64,000 nucleotides of DNA from an uncultured Candidatus Saccharibacteria bacterium. GTDB lineage: Bacteria > Patescibacteriota > Saccharimonadia > CAILAD01 > JADZBC01. Of this stretch, positions 30,287-40,414 are shown piece by piece (position 1 is the first letter of the stretch; each line of letters begins with the position of its first letter). Under the pieces are notes generated by a model. The model saw nothing but the letters and a program-made list of their open reading frames with translations. It did not search any database and was not told where the DNA came from. The stretch lies in assembly GCA_964496815.1 (NCBI GenBank), contig CAZCAO010000001.1, forward strand, positions 17,803 to 81,802, written 5' to 3'. Made by a program: the position numbers and the translations under genes.

Positions 30287-31093
30287 CTAGGAGCCTAGCT
30301 TGAATCCAAGAATGAAATAACCTTCCTTAATTAGGTTCAGGCCGATGCCTGTGGCTTCGGTCGCTAAAGCTTCTTGCTGCCAAGGGTCACATTCGGTAAA
30401 CAGTAAGCCGCCTGGATTTAGATGTAAGGGTAGTTCTTTGAGGAAACGACGATAAATATCTAGGCCATCTGGGCCTCCGAACAGGGCTACACCGGGCTCC
30501 TTCTGAACCTCGGGCATCAGGTCGGCTTTGTCGGCCAGATAGGGCAAGTTACACACCACGACATCAAACTTTTCTTTTATACCATCAAACAAGTCCGCTT
30601 CCCTGAGTGTAATACTTATTTGACGGAGTGAAATATTCTTTTTGGCAACCGCCAGGGCTTCGGGACTCACTTCGGTGGCCCAGACCCTTAGATCTGGTCG
30701 GTGTTGTGCAATTGCGATTGCAATTGCTCCACTGCCCGTACCAATATCGATCAGGCAACTGTTGGCCGGGGCATGCTTGATCGCAAGCTCGACCATTTGT
30801 TCCGTTTCGACTCGCGGGGTGAGAACATGCTCGTTAATATAGAGTTCGATGCCGTAGAATTCTCGTTTGTTTGTTAGATGTACCACCGGCGTGTGTGTGG
30901 CACGGTCACGAATCAGGCGTTGAAATTCTTTGAGTTGAGAGTCGTTTAACTTGGTGGTGTCGTGCGCCAAGAGCCATACTCTGTCGCGACCTAAGACATG
31001 GCAGAGTAGGAGCTCGCTGTCGAGGTGAACCGAATTAACCTTGGCCGCCAGAAGCTCCCTCCGTGCGGCCTGCAGGGCATCTCGGATCATCAT
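30287..31093 (-). CDS. prmC: Release-factor glutamine N5-methyltransferase PrmC/HemK
   Basis: 'IDIGTGSGAIAIA' SAM motif, 'NLPY' NPPY-like; start abuts prfA stop. Confidence 0.85.
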   Translation of the reverse strand: MMIRDALQAARRELLAAKVNSVHLDSELLLCHVLGRDRVWLLAHDTTKLNDSQLKEFQRLIRDRATHTPVVHLTNKREFYGIELYINEHVLTPRVETEQMVELAIKHAPANSCLIDIGTGSGAIAIAIAQHRPDLRVWATEVSPEALAVAKKNISLRQISITLREADLFDGIKEKFDVVVCNLPYLADKADLMPEVQKEPGVALFGGPDGLDIYRRFLKELPLHLNPGGLLFTECDPWQQEALATEATGIGLNLIKEGYFILGFKLGS

Positions 31094-32161
31094 TTAGTAC
31101 TGGCCTTGTTGCTCAAGCGCTTTTGTAATGTCGGCCTCGCGCAGTTGTTCGAGCATGTCATCGATGTCGCCATCCATGAAGCCAGGCAGGTTGTGACGAG
31201 TGTAGCCAATTCTGTGGTCCGTCACTCGGTCTTGCGGAAAGTTGTAAGTGCGGATTTTTTCGCTTCTGTCACCAGTGCCGATTTGTGACAGACGGGCCTC
31301 ACCAAGCTCTTTGCGTTTTTGTTCTTCCTGAACTGCTAGTAGCCGAGAACGAAGAATACTCATGGCTTTTAGTTTGTTTTTAAGTTGAGACTTCTCATCC
31401 TGGCAGGTCACGACAGTATTGGTAGGAATGTGAGTTAGGCGTACGGCGCTGTCTGTGGTGTTTACACTTTGGCCGCCGTTACCGCTCGAACGATAGACAT
31501 CTACTCTCAGGTCACTTGGGTCAATCTCAATTTCGTTTTCCTCGGCTTCGGGCAGGACTGCGACAGTTACGGTCGAGGTGTGAATCCGTCCGGCCGATTC
31601 GGTAGCAGGAATGCGCTGTACTCTATGCACGCCCGATTCATATTTCATAACGCCATAGGCATTTGGCCCAGTTATTTCGGCGATAAATTCTTTATAACCT
31701 CCCGATGTGCCTGGGTTGTCATTCATGATGGTGAGCTTAAGCCCGTGTCGCTCGGCAAAGCGAGCATACATACGCGCAAGCTCGCCCGAAAAAAGGCTTG
31801 ATTCGTCGCCGCCAGCCCCGGCTCGAATCTCTAGAATAGCATCTTTGCTGTCGTGCGGATCTTTTGGTACGAGGGCGCTACGGACTCGTTGCTTGAGGCC
31901 CTCGAGCCTATGTTCGAGTTCGGGGATCTCTAGTTTGGCTAACTCGGACATCTCTGGATCGTTGAGGAGCTCTTTTGAATCAGCCAATTGCTGCTCGGTA
32001 TGTATGACGTCCTGGAATAATTCTAGTCGCGCCTGGAGTTCGCGCTGCTCAGCAACGAGCTTAGCTGATTTTGAAGATGCGTATACGGTAGGGTTACTGA
32101 GCTCTTTGCTTAGTTCAGCTAGTCTGTCTTCGAGTTGTTGAATGGTTTCTTGGTCGATCAT
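31094..32161 (-). CDS. prfA: Peptide chain release factor 1
   Basis: 'GGQSVNTTDSAVRLTHIPT' GGQ motif; 355 aa. Confidence 0.95.
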   Translation of the reverse strand: MIDQETIQQLEDRLAELSKELSNPTVYASSKSAKLVAEQRELQARLELFQDVIHTEQQLADSKELLNDPEMSELAKLEIPELEHRLEGLKQRVRSALVPKDPHDSKDAILEIRAGAGGDESSLFSGELARMYARFAERHGLKLTIMNDNPGTSGGYKEFIAEITGPNAYGVMKYESGVHRVQRIPATESAGRIHTSTVTVAVLPEAEENEIEIDPSDLRVDVYRSSGNGGQSVNTTDSAVRLTHIPTNTVVTCQDEKSQLKNKLKAMSILRSRLLAVQEEQKRKELGEARLSQIGTGDRSEKIRTYNFPQDRVTDHRIGYTRHNLPGFMDGDIDDMLEQLREADITKALEQQGQY

Positions 32162-32175
32162 CGTTAGGCTCCTAA

Positions 32176-32212
32176 ATACAAAACAACGCTCAGGCTATTA
32201 TAGCAAAAAGAG
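32176..32212 (-). terminator. Hairpin/terminator between rpmE and prfA
   Basis: ACAACGCTC...GAGCGTTGT 9-bp stem; TTTTGTATTT follows on minus strand. Confidence 0.4.
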
Positions 32213-32230
32213 CGTTGTCAGGTTGTTGAG

Positions 32231-32560
32231 TTACTGGTCTTGCTTAGGTGCGTCAGTCGGTACGGTCGCGTCGCTGATTTCTTCTTTGATTTCTGCTAAT
32301 TTGGCTTTGGCGTCTTTTTCTTCAGTCGCCTTGGCCTTTTTAACGGCTTTGCCAGGATTGGCCTTCTCTTGCTTAGCACGGAATCGGTCTACACGCCCTG
32401 CAGTATCGATCAGCTTTTGTTTACCGGTATAGAAAGGATGGCATTTTGAGCATAATTCAACATTCATCTCCTCTACGGTAGACATTGTATCGAAGGTAGT
32501 CTTGCAGCCAAGGCACGTAACCTTGGTTTTTTTGATGTCGGGGTGAATTCCTGCTTTCAT
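32231..32560 (-). CDS. rpmE: 50S ribosomal protein L31 with lysine-rich C-terminal extension
   Basis: 'MKAGIHPD..Cxx[13 protein letters not shown]' L31 zinc-ribbon. Confidence 0.85.
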   Translation of the reverse strand: MKAGIHPDIKKTKVTCLGCKTTFDTMSTVEEMNVELCSKCHPFYTGKQKLIDTAGRVDRFRAKQEKANPGKAVKKAKATEEKDAKAKLAEIKEEISDATVPTDAPKQDQ

Positions 32561-32626
32561 AACCTGACTATAGTATCACTTATAGACCAGTTGGTCAACT
32601 CCTACTGGGCTAGCAGGCTGAGGGTT

Positions 32627-33073
32627 TTAGCCCTCGAGGTCGGCTTCTGGCTTACCCATTTTGGCAGTTAATACCACCTGGCGAGTTTCGCCCTCATTGT
32701 CTTTAATCTGGGTTTTTTGCGTTTCGTTGTAGTAGGTGACTAAATAATGACTCATGATTTCTTGCAAATCCTTGAGTTTTGCTCGGTAGTCCTCTACATC
32801 GGCGCTGACTTTTTGGTAATCAGCGTCGGCTTGCAGGATTTTTTTGGCAGTTTGCCGCTTGGTGCTGAGCTCACTAATCTCATCTTTGAGTTGTTGATAT
32901 TCTTCGTTTTGCTGTTCAACGTCTTTGAGCTGTTCTCGTACTGTCTTGAGCTTGTCTTTGGTTTCACGAATTTCCGGTAGTAAACGATGGATTGCTTCGA
33001 GAGTGTTGCGATCTTCAATTGGCTTATCTAGTTTTTCTGGTTTTGCTTCAGGCGTTACGGTTTCGTCAGCCAT
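32627..33073 (-). CDS. Hypothetical coiled-coil protein
   Basis: 148 aa, highly charged heptad-rich sequence. Confidence 0.45.
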   Translation of the reverse strand: MADETVTPEAKPEKLDKPIEDRNTLEAIHRLLPEIRETKDKLKTVREQLKDVEQQNEEYQQLKDEISELSTKRQTAKKILQADADYQKVSADVEDYRAKLKDLQEIMSHYLVTYYNETQKTQIKDNEGETRQVVLTAKMGKPEADLEG

Positions 33074-33143
33074 GTTTTGTCTCCTTTAAGTATTTTGATT
33101 ATGATATGGGATAGATTATAGAGCTTATGGTCTTATCTGCCAA

Positions 33144-34322
33144 TTATTCTGTGCCAACGATGGTGAGTTCTGTTTCGGCGCGAGTTACTGCGGTGTAGAG
33201 CCAGCGTCGCCAGTCATCATCGCTCATCTTTGGAAAGCGCTCTTCGAATAACAGAACACGTGGCGACTGCGAGCCTTGTGCCTTATGCACCGTCAATGCA
33301 TAACCAAAGTCGAATAATGCGCCGGTGTTGTCACCAGGTGCTTTTGGCGGTCGTTGAACAGTTTCTTTCGCACCAAACTGTTCACGCAGGGTGTAGCCCG
33401 AGAACGTCATATTCTCATTATCGAAGTAGATCTCGGTCCAGAACCACTGATTTGTCTCGTCGTCCGGAGCAGGCTCTATACTTACGATAGTGCCAATCAG
33501 TCCATTATAGAGATGTTCACTACGCATATTGCGCAAACAAACCACTACGTCGCCCACAGTCGGCTCTTCGGTTTCTATGTCTCGAAGCGAGCGAATATGT
33601 TTATTTAGAGATACGCGAGTGTGGTTATAGCCGCAAAGCACCATGAGGTCTCCTCGCCAATTTGCCAAGGTGTCTTCGACGATCTGACCGGTTTCTGAAT
33701 CGTATTTGTTTAGCTTTGTTACGCCTGGTCCATAGTCCTTGATCGCAATACTGCCAGTTGTTCTGGCTTGTTGAGCAACTTGAATAATTGGGCTCTCGGC
33801 TTCCTGTCGGAAAATTTGTTCGAGCCGAAGCTGCGGTTCGGCCATGAGATTGAAGTTTGAATTGATAGGGGGAAGCTGGCCGTGATCGCCAACGGCGAGA
33901 ATCGGGATGTCAAAGCTCAAAAGGTCGTTCCAGATCAGCTCATCGACCATGCTCGCCTCATCTACGATAATGATATTGTAGGCGAGTTCATCTTTTAGAC
34001 TCCAGCTCGTGTGGCCTTCGGCAGTCGTGGAGCTGTTGTAGATAAGTGAGTGAATCGTCGATACGTTATCGCCACGGCGTAGGGTCCTTTGTTCTCGGAG
34101 CTTTTGCTTGAGTACCTGCGACGCCTTACCGGTATAGGCACAAAAGGCGACCTTAACATCGCTGTCGTACTCGTGGAGTGCCTGCCGAAGGAGAGCGATA
34201 AGGGTAGTTTTGCCGGTACCAGCATAGCCACCCAGCGTTAAAAACGGTGCTTGTTTTTCGCGATACCAGGCGCCGATGGCCGCCAGTGCTTTAGCTTGGT
34301 TTTGAGAGAGTGTATATGTCAT
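33144..34322 (-). CDS. RecD/PIF1-like SF1 DNA helicase
   Basis: Walker A 'GYAGTGKTT', 'IIIVDEASMVD', C-terminal UvrD_C-like 'ALTVHKAQGSQ'. Confidence 0.8.
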   Translation of the reverse strand: MTYTLSQNQAKALAAIGAWYREKQAPFLTLGGYAGTGKTTLIALLRQALHEYDSDVKVAFCAYTGKASQVLKQKLREQRTLRRGDNVSTIHSLIYNSSTTAEGHTSWSLKDELAYNIIIVDEASMVDELIWNDLLSFDIPILAVGDHGQLPPINSNFNLMAEPQLRLEQIFRQEAESPIIQVAQQARTTGSIAIKDYGPGVTKLNKYDSETGQIVEDTLANWRGDLMVLCGYNHTRVSLNKHIRSLRDIETEEPTVGDVVVCLRNMRSEHLYNGLIGTIVSIEPAPDDETNQWFWTEIYFDNENMTFSGYTLREQFGAKETVQRPPKAPGDNTGALFDFGYALTVHKAQGSQSPRVLLFEERFPKMSDDDWRRWLYTAVTRAETELTIVGTE

Positions 34323-34378
34323 GAGGTTTCATTGTAGCAAATATCTTAAAGCCATGATGCTTATGGTAAAATAAGACT

Positions 34379-36802
34379 ATGAGTCTGGCTGAACTAACAT
34401 CCCAACCCAAAAGAGATTTTGAAGGCTCTCAGTCAGATCCCGACAGGGCTCATGCTCCAGTCGAGGGCTTTACCAAGGCTGATTCTGGCTTGTTGCTGCC
34501 AGTTGATCACAGCGGTGACGCGCGGCCAACGAAGTCGGTCGAGCGTGACGCGCTACGGGTTGGTATGGCCGAAGGCAGAGGGTCTTACAGGTATAGTGAC
34601 AAGCTATCAGAACGTGAACAGGAAGAAAAACGGCAAGATTATTTTTCTGATATTCGCAAAATGTCACCCGGTAGTTTGGTAACCGATGAAGAGGCCCAGA
34701 CTATGCATGTGGCAAAAACCCACTCGGAGCTAGAGCGTGAGGCAGCCGTACTTCCTAAGATTATCAATGAGGCAAGGGCCAGGCACGAGCCGACTTCTGA
34801 AGCGGAGCTATATTACGAAGATGTACAGCGGCGGCTTGCTGAGGCAAAGACTGCTGGCGGCAGCGAGGTGCCAAAGCCGCACTTTTACCCAGGTGTGGGC
34901 TTGTCTGGCAAGCTAGAGGCTGCAGCCCAAGCAACTGCCGGCGCGACACCATTACCAGAGGACAAACCAGGTGGCGAAACACCGCAGGAAAACCCCGAGA
35001 CTAAACCAGAAAACGAAACGGTTTGGAAGCCAACGGTGCGCATCACGTCTGATTTGGGTATGAACTCAAAGGACGAATCGGCTGCGGGTGAGCCTGCAAA
35101 GCCTCAACAAGCTATCCGACCAGAGCACCCTGGGGTTTGGAAGCCAACTGTCCGTCCGACATTGGCAGTTGGGTTTGACACAAAGCCCGACTCTCCTGAT
35201 GTCAGTAAGGATAAGCCCAAGGCTGAAAGGCCGAGCGAGGCTGATCATAGTGCGGAGGCTACGAAGGATCGGCTTCTGCCTAGTAAAGCTTGGGATGATG
35301 TGGTGGCACGCGGGAAGGAGTCTGCACGAAAGTTGGGCTTAACTTCTTCGCCAACTACTACTGGCCAGGGATCAGCTGTGGAGCGTCCGACTGAAAGCGC
35401 AAACGATGCTGTGCCTCCTGCCGAGGATACTCCACAGGCCGACAAAGTCTCTGACGCACAGCACAGGCCGGGAAGGGCTTATCACGAACCAATGGATATT
35501 CGGACTCGCCCGGCGTTTGTGTACGACTCTGACCCAGAGGTATTACGCAGTAGTACAGTAACTATTTCTAGTGTCGAAGAACGGTTTCTACATGATGCGG
35601 ATGGTATGCGTAGAGAGTTCTTTAGTCCTAACTCCTGGCACGGCCCGGATTTCAGTCCAATAACCAGTCATGTTGAACGCGTGCACGAAGCGTGTTTGGC
35701 CTTTACTCGTGAAATCATCAATAACCCCAACCAGCCGGATCTGACACGAGAACTATTGCGTGATCAAGATTACGCCCCGGTAAGTTCTGTACTCGTCGGT
35801 GATAGGGAATTCTACTTGAGCAAGGTGTTTGTTGCTGGCTCACGAAGTATGGCCCTCGGCTATACTTTGCTTGATTCTGGCCAGGTTGCGCCACGTATTT
35901 TTTATAAATCAATGTCGAGTGGTGGTTGGCGTGCTCCAGAATACGTTGCTCCAAATGGTCACCTAGGCAAAGGTGGAGACCCTAGGGTGTATACGAACGG
36001 CACACAGGTTCGGGGTGAGTTGGCGACTATGCTTGATGGCCTCGAAGATCAAGGCTTCGTCGTAGCATCTTCTAGGCTGGATGAGGATAGCAGTAAATGG
36101 TATACACCCTATTCTCCTGGGCAGAGTTTTGAATATCGTGGTCCTGTTTTGGGCCGAGAGCTGCTTACATGGGCAAAAGAAGTACAGGTTTTAGCCCCCG
36201 ATCAGAAATTTGAAGATCAAACCAGTGCCTTCTTGCCGGGCTATGGCTTTCGAACAGAAGCTGGGGCGAGGGCTCGTGACTACTTTGCGGCGCTTTCAAC
36301 AGAGCTCGATGATGCCGTTGAGTCAGCTTTTGCTCGGCCACCTCGTCGAATTGATTATGACGGCCACACCTTGCTTGGCCCGATATTCCGTGAGACCTAT
36401 CAGGTGCCATTGCCAACAGCTTGGCTTGAAAACTTACGGACAGCTACAGGCAGTGGCGACATAGGCTCACTAGATATTGAGATGTGCTTTGATAATGAAG
36501 GCCGCACTTGGGTTGGTAACATCCGTTATAGTGGCGCCCCGGTAACCAGTTACGGCACCGATGCATTTGTGATTCCAGGAGGCATGTTGCTCAACAAGCC
36601 ACTTGAATACTCATCACAGGTGATGGGCTTAGAGCCAGGCGTAGACTACGAGCCATTTGAGGGCAGCCAATACGTTGATATTTCACCACTTATCGAGAAG
36701 CTTAAAATCATTAGACTGTTTAAGCGTCTGCGAGTGATTCCAGCCACTCGCCGAGATACTCGCGAAGAAGATACGCAATACTTTCCAGTAGAATCAACCT
36801 AG
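34379..36802 (+). CDS. Large hypothetical protein: ~380-aa disordered acidic/Pro-rich N-terminus plus ~430-aa globular C-terminal domain
   Basis: 807 aa, no signal peptide, no recognisable motifs; TGgTAAAAT 6 bp upstream of ATG. Confidence 0.55.
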   Translation: MSLAELTSQPKRDFEGSQSDPDRAHAPVEGFTKADSGLLLPVDHSGDARPTKSVERDALRVGMAEGRGSYRYSDKLSEREQEEKRQDYFSDIRKMSPGSLVTDEEAQTMHVAKTHSELEREAAVLPKIINEARARHEPTSEAELYYEDVQRRLAEAKTAGGSEVPKPHFYPGVGLSGKLEAAAQATAGATPLPEDKPGGETPQENPETKPENETVWKPTVRITSDLGMNSKDESAAGEPAKPQQAIRPEHPGVWKPTVRPTLAVGFDTKPDSPDVSKDKPKAERPSEADHSAEATKDRLLPSKAWDDVVARGKESARKLGLTSSPTTTGQGSAVERPTESANDAVPPAEDTPQADKVSDAQHRPGRAYHEPMDIRTRPAFVYDSDPEVLRSSTVTISSVEERFLHDADGMRREFFSPNSWHGPDFSPITSHVERVHEACLAFTREIINNPNQPDLTRELLRDQDYAPVSSVLVGDREFYLSKVFVAGSRSMALGYTLLDSGQVAPRIFYKSMSSGGWRAPEYVAPNGHLGKGGDPRVYTNGTQVRGELATMLDGLEDQGFVVASSRLDEDSSKWYTPYSPGQSFEYRGPVLGRELLTWAKEVQVLAPDQKFEDQTSAFLPGYGFRTEAGARARDYFAALSTELDDAVESAFARPPRRIDYDGHTLLGPIFRETYQVPLPTAWLENLRTATGSGDIGSLDIEMCFDNEGRTWVGNIRYSGAPVTSYGTDAFVIPGGMLLNKPLEYSSQVMGLEPGVDYEPFEGSQYVDISPLIEKLKIIRLFKRLRVIPATRRDTREEDTQYFPVEST

Positions 36803-36817
36803 TAGCCAAGAAGGTAT

Positions 36818-37513
36818 CTAGTGAGAGGTCGTGTGACGCTTTGGTAGCGTTGCAGCTAGGTCGAGAATCTCGTCTTCATCATCCATAATGTGAAACATCT
36901 CAAGATCGCTCTCGGCAATCGTGCCATAATCTTCTAAGAAAGTTGTCCGCATCATGCGCTCAAGCGGCCGCCAAAAATGAGAGCCAACACACACGATAGG
37001 GATAGGGGGGATTTTGTGCTCTTGTTTGAGTGTGACAAGCTCAAAGAACTCATCCATGGTACCAAAGCCACCGGGGAGTACAATATATAGTCGTGCGGCA
37101 AATGCCAGCATTACCTTGCGAGCGAAGAAGTAATGAAAGTCAATTTGATCCGTTAGAAAACGGTTCGGGGCCTGGTGGTGTGCCTCGAGCTCTATGGTAA
37201 AGCCGACTGATCGACCTCCAGATTCAAATGCACCGCGGTTTGCTGCTTCCATAATGCCAGGTCCTCCACCTGTTACAACGGTGTAGCCAAGTTCTTTTAC
37301 CAGCCGGCTTGAAAGTGTTTGGGTTTTTTTATACAGATCGTGATCTGGATTAATTTGCTTTGACCCAAAGAAAGATACAACCTTATTCATGTCTTCAACC
37401 ATGCGGAAGCCATCGTTGAATTCTTGGGTAATTTCGCACATTCGGGCATCGTCGGCTGTGCCGGTGGCTTTGCAGACATCGCGAATTTCTTGTAGTGTCC
37501 ATGGTTTTTGCAT
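36818..37513 (-). CDS. LOG family protein (cytokinin riboside 5'-monophosphate phosphoribohydrolase-like)
   Basis: 'VVTGGGPGIMEAANRGA', 'PGGFGTMDEFFE' LOG motifs; start assigned to internal Met (MQKPW) to remove overlap. Confidence 0.8.
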   Translation of the reverse strand: MQKPWTLQEIRDVCKATGTADDARMCEITQEFNDGFRMVEDMNKVVSFFGSKQINPDHDLYKKTQTLSSRLVKELGYTVVTGGGPGIMEAANRGAFESGGRSVGFTIELEAHHQAPNRFLTDQIDFHYFFARKVMLAFAARLYIVLPGGFGTMDEFFELVTLKQEHKIPPIPIVCVGSHFWRPLERMMRTTFLEDYGTIAESDLEMFHIMDDEDEILDLAATLPKRHTTSH

Positions 37514-37571
37514 ATTTGTAGTATACGGCAAACTACTTATGTTAGACCAGGCCTCGTGATAGAATCTAGCT

Positions 37572-39368
37572 ATGCGCAAACGCTTTTTGGGAATGTATTG
37601 GATTGTATTGCTGGCTGCTCTCGTTGGTGCTGTTTTTTTATCCCGCCCAGCTCGCGCGAGTGTGGACGACTTTAGTTTCAAGAGCTTCGAGGCTGATTAC
37701 TATCTTTCGCGCGACGATCAGAACGTCGCACAGTTGAAAGTGGTAGAAAAGCTCGTGCCGATTTTTCCTAGCTACGACCAGAATCATGGCTTGCGACGTG
37801 CGATTCCCCAGTCGTACAAGGGTCGCAACCTGGACGTTCGTATTGTCTCGATTGTTGACGACAAAGGCATGCCAAGGCCGTATGAAACACGTAGTGAAAA
37901 CAGTAATCTGGTCGTTTCAATCCGCAGTGATGAATACCTGCATGGTGAACAGACCTATGTTATCACTTATACAATCCGTGACGTGATAACGTTTTACAAT
38001 GATTACGATGAATGGTATTGGGACGTCAACGGTGATCAGTGGCAACAGCAGTTCGGTAGTGTGTTGGCACGTATCCATATTCCAGCTAGTCTTGCCACAG
38101 AGCTCCAACAGCAGCAGAGGTGTTTTTCCGGATCCTATGGATCAACCGAGCAAACTTGTTCGATTATTCGCAAACCGTCTACTGAAGGGGTCGTAGTCGA
38201 AGTAGCTGCGACACGTACACTCCAAGCAGGCGAAAACCTTAGTTTTGTATTAGCTTTTAATAAAGCGACATTTGCAGCTTATAAATTACCTATATGGATG
38301 ATATGGGGAATTATCGGGGGCGGATTCCTGCTTTTTATTTTGCCGCCACTAGTGGCTTTCGTTGTAATGTTGCGACGTTGGCTAAAGTTTGGACGTGACC
38401 GAAAAGGGCGTGGCGTGATTATCGCACAGTATGCACCTGAGCCAGGCGTCCATCCGCTTGTGGCCGATATGTTGCAACATGAGCATTTAGAGACAAATGC
38501 AATTACAGCCTGTTTAATAGACCTTTGCATTCAGGGTTATATCAGGCTGTATGAAATAGAGAAGAAAAAACTATTTGGTAAAAAAACAGACTACGAGCTT
38601 GAACTAAGAGGGAAAGACATAATGGCTTTGACTGAATCTCAGCGCCAAGTAGTGAAGGCAGTGTTTGGTGACACTAATTCCGGTAGTCGCATTAAATTAA
38701 GCGATCTTTCGGGGGAGATATATAAGAAATTTCAGCCAATTGATACAGCAGTGGCGAAAGAAGCCACCGAGCAGGCTCTTTTTGTGGCTGATCCTTCTAA
38801 AGTGCGAGAGCAATATCGTAAAAAAGCCCTATGGCTGATTGTTCCATCTGTCATTATTTTTTTCATTCCAGGAGTCGGCTGGTTTAGTCTCGGGTTTCTG
38901 GTGGCGGGCATTGTGGTTGTTGCCTTTGCCCAGGTTATGCCAGCGAGATCCGCCAAAGGGGCAGCCAGCCTCGAGTACTTAAAAGGCATGCGCCTGTATA
39001 TGCAGATGGCGGAGGCCGACCGAATTAAGATGCTGCAAAGCCCCGAAGGTGCAGAAAAAATTAACATTGATCCAGCCAATAAAGCGCAATTAGTTAAGCT
39101 TTATGAAAAGCTTCTGCCCTATGCTATATTATTCGGCATAGAATCACAGTGGGCAAAACAGTTCTCAGAACTATATTCGCAGCCGCCAGATTGGTATGTG
39201 GGCCGTGGTTCTTTTAATGCCGTGGCATTCTCACATGCAGTAAGTGACTTTAGTAGTGTCTCATCGGAGAGTTTTAGCCCACCATCAAGTTCTGGGTCGA
39301 GTGGATTCTCAGGAGGCGGTGGATTCTCAGGAGGCGGCGGCGGTGGTGGTGGCGGCGGAGGCCTTTAG
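37572..39368 (+). CDS. DUF2207-family membrane protein with poly-Gly C-terminal tail
   Basis: Signal peptide, extracellular domain, TM helices, C-terminal 'SGFSGGGGFSGGGGGGGGGGGL' typical of DUF2207. Confidence 0.7.
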   Translation: MRKRFLGMYWIVLLAALVGAVFLSRPARASVDDFSFKSFEADYYLSRDDQNVAQLKVVEKLVPIFPSYDQNHGLRRAIPQSYKGRNLDVRIVSIVDDKGMPRPYETRSENSNLVVSIRSDEYLHGEQTYVITYTIRDVITFYNDYDEWYWDVNGDQWQQQFGSVLARIHIPASLATELQQQQRCFSGSYGSTEQTCSIIRKPSTEGVVVEVAATRTLQAGENLSFVLAFNKATFAAYKLPIWMIWGIIGGGFLLFILPPLVAFVVMLRRWLKFGRDRKGRGVIIAQYAPEPGVHPLVADMLQHEHLETNAITACLIDLCIQGYIRLYEIEKKKLFGKKTDYELELRGKDIMALTESQRQVVKAVFGDTNSGSRIKLSDLSGEIYKKFQPIDTAVAKEATEQALFVADPSKVREQYRKKALWLIVPSVIIFFIPGVGWFSLGFLVAGIVVVAFAQVMPARSAKGAASLEYLKGMRLYMQMAEADRIKMLQSPEGAEKINIDPANKAQLVKLYEKLLPYAILFGIESQWAKQFSELYSQPPDWYVGRGSFNAVAFSHAVSDFSSVSSESFSPPSSSGSSGFSGGGGFSGGGGGGGGGGGL

Positions 39369-39370
39369 CA

Positions 39371-39622
39371 CTAGCTTTGAGTATCGGTCTTTTTGGACTT
39401 TTTCTGCAGAACCTTGGCTTTGGCGGCGTCGTATTTGAGCTTGGCTTTGTGAAGCAGGCCTTTAGCCCAGGCGAATTCAGTAGCAAGAATTGCTAGGCCA
39501 ATAATGACAAACAAAAAGCCCGGCCCTGGTAATACAAAAAACATAAAGCCTACGATGACGACTGTGCCGCCAATCAGGCCGATTGCGAAACGCTTGGTGT
39601 GTCTAAATATAAAATCAACCAT
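39371..39622 (-). CDS. PGPGW-motif small transmembrane protein
   Basis: 'FVLPGPGFLFVIIGLAILATEFAWAK'. Confidence 0.55.
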   Translation of the reverse strand: MVDFIFRHTKRFAIGLIGGTVVIVGFMFFVLPGPGFLFVIIGLAILATEFAWAKGLLHKAKLKYDAAKAKVLQKKSKKTDTQS

Positions 39623-39679
39623 TACGGCTATTATAGCAGCTTACTAGTAGCCCGTGGCTTTACGGGCTATAATAAAGTT

Positions 39680-40414
39680 ATGATTGAAGTAAAGAACGTG
39701 TGCAAAACGTATGGCGAGGGCGATAGCGCCTTCACTGCTTTATATAATGTCCATGTTTCTATTCCAGAGGGCAGTACGGCGGCAATAATTGGCAAAAGTG
39801 GCTCTGGCAAGTCGACGCTAATGCATATCATGAGCGGGCTTGATCACGCCACGAGCGGCGACGTCATCGTGAGCGGCAAAAATTTGCATGATCTTAAGCC
39901 CAAACAAATGGATGCCTTCCGTGCTACTGAAATGAGCTTTATCTTCCAAGCCTTTTTTATTGAAGCCAACCAGACGTGCCTGCAGAACGTAATGCTGCCA
40001 CTTGAAATATCCAAGGCGACGCGACGCACTCGACGTAAACGCGCAGAGGAAGCCTTGGCAGCCGTGGACTTAAGTGAAAAAAGAGACACTTTGGCCGGCA
40101 ATTTATCCGGCGGCCAGAAGCAGCGCCTGGCCATAGCGCGGGCGATTGTGAACAAGCCAAAGTTAATCTTCGCCGATGAACCAACGGGCAACCTAGATAG
40201 CACGACGGGCGAGATGATTATAAAATTGCTGTTTGAGCTCAATCGACAGCTTGGCTGTACGCTCGTGATTGTCACGCACGACGAGGAGTTGGCTGATCGC
40301 TGCCAAATGAAGATCTATATGAAGGATGGCGAGATTAGTGCAGTACATGGGCCTAAGGCGCAGGCTAAGGCCAAGACGACTGTATCAAAGGCTAAACCTA
40401 AGAGGCGTGTCTAA
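39680..40414 (+). CDS. ABC transporter ATP-binding protein (MacB/LolD-type)
   Basis: Walker A 'GKSGSGKSTL', signature 'LSGGQKQR', Walker B 'IFADEPTGNLD'; TATAAT 6 bp before ATG. Confidence 0.85.
   Translation: MIEVKNVCKTYGEGDSAFTALYNVHVSIPEGSTAAIIGKSGSGKSTLMHIMSGLDHATSGDVIVSGKNLHDLKPKQMDAFRATEMSFIFQAFFIEANQTCLQNVMLPLEISKATRRTRRKRAEEALAAVDLSEKRDTLAGNLSGGQKQRLAIARAIVNKPKLIFADEPTGNLDSTTGEMIIKLLFELNRQLGCTLVIVTHDEELADRCQMKIYMKDGEISAVHGPKAQAKAKTTVSKAKPKRRV

Noticed and set aside
39290-39368. Poly-glycine-encoding tract as an independent simple-sequence repeat or pseudogene remnant
   Set aside because: It is in-frame as the C-terminal tail of the DUF2207 protein, a known feature of that family.
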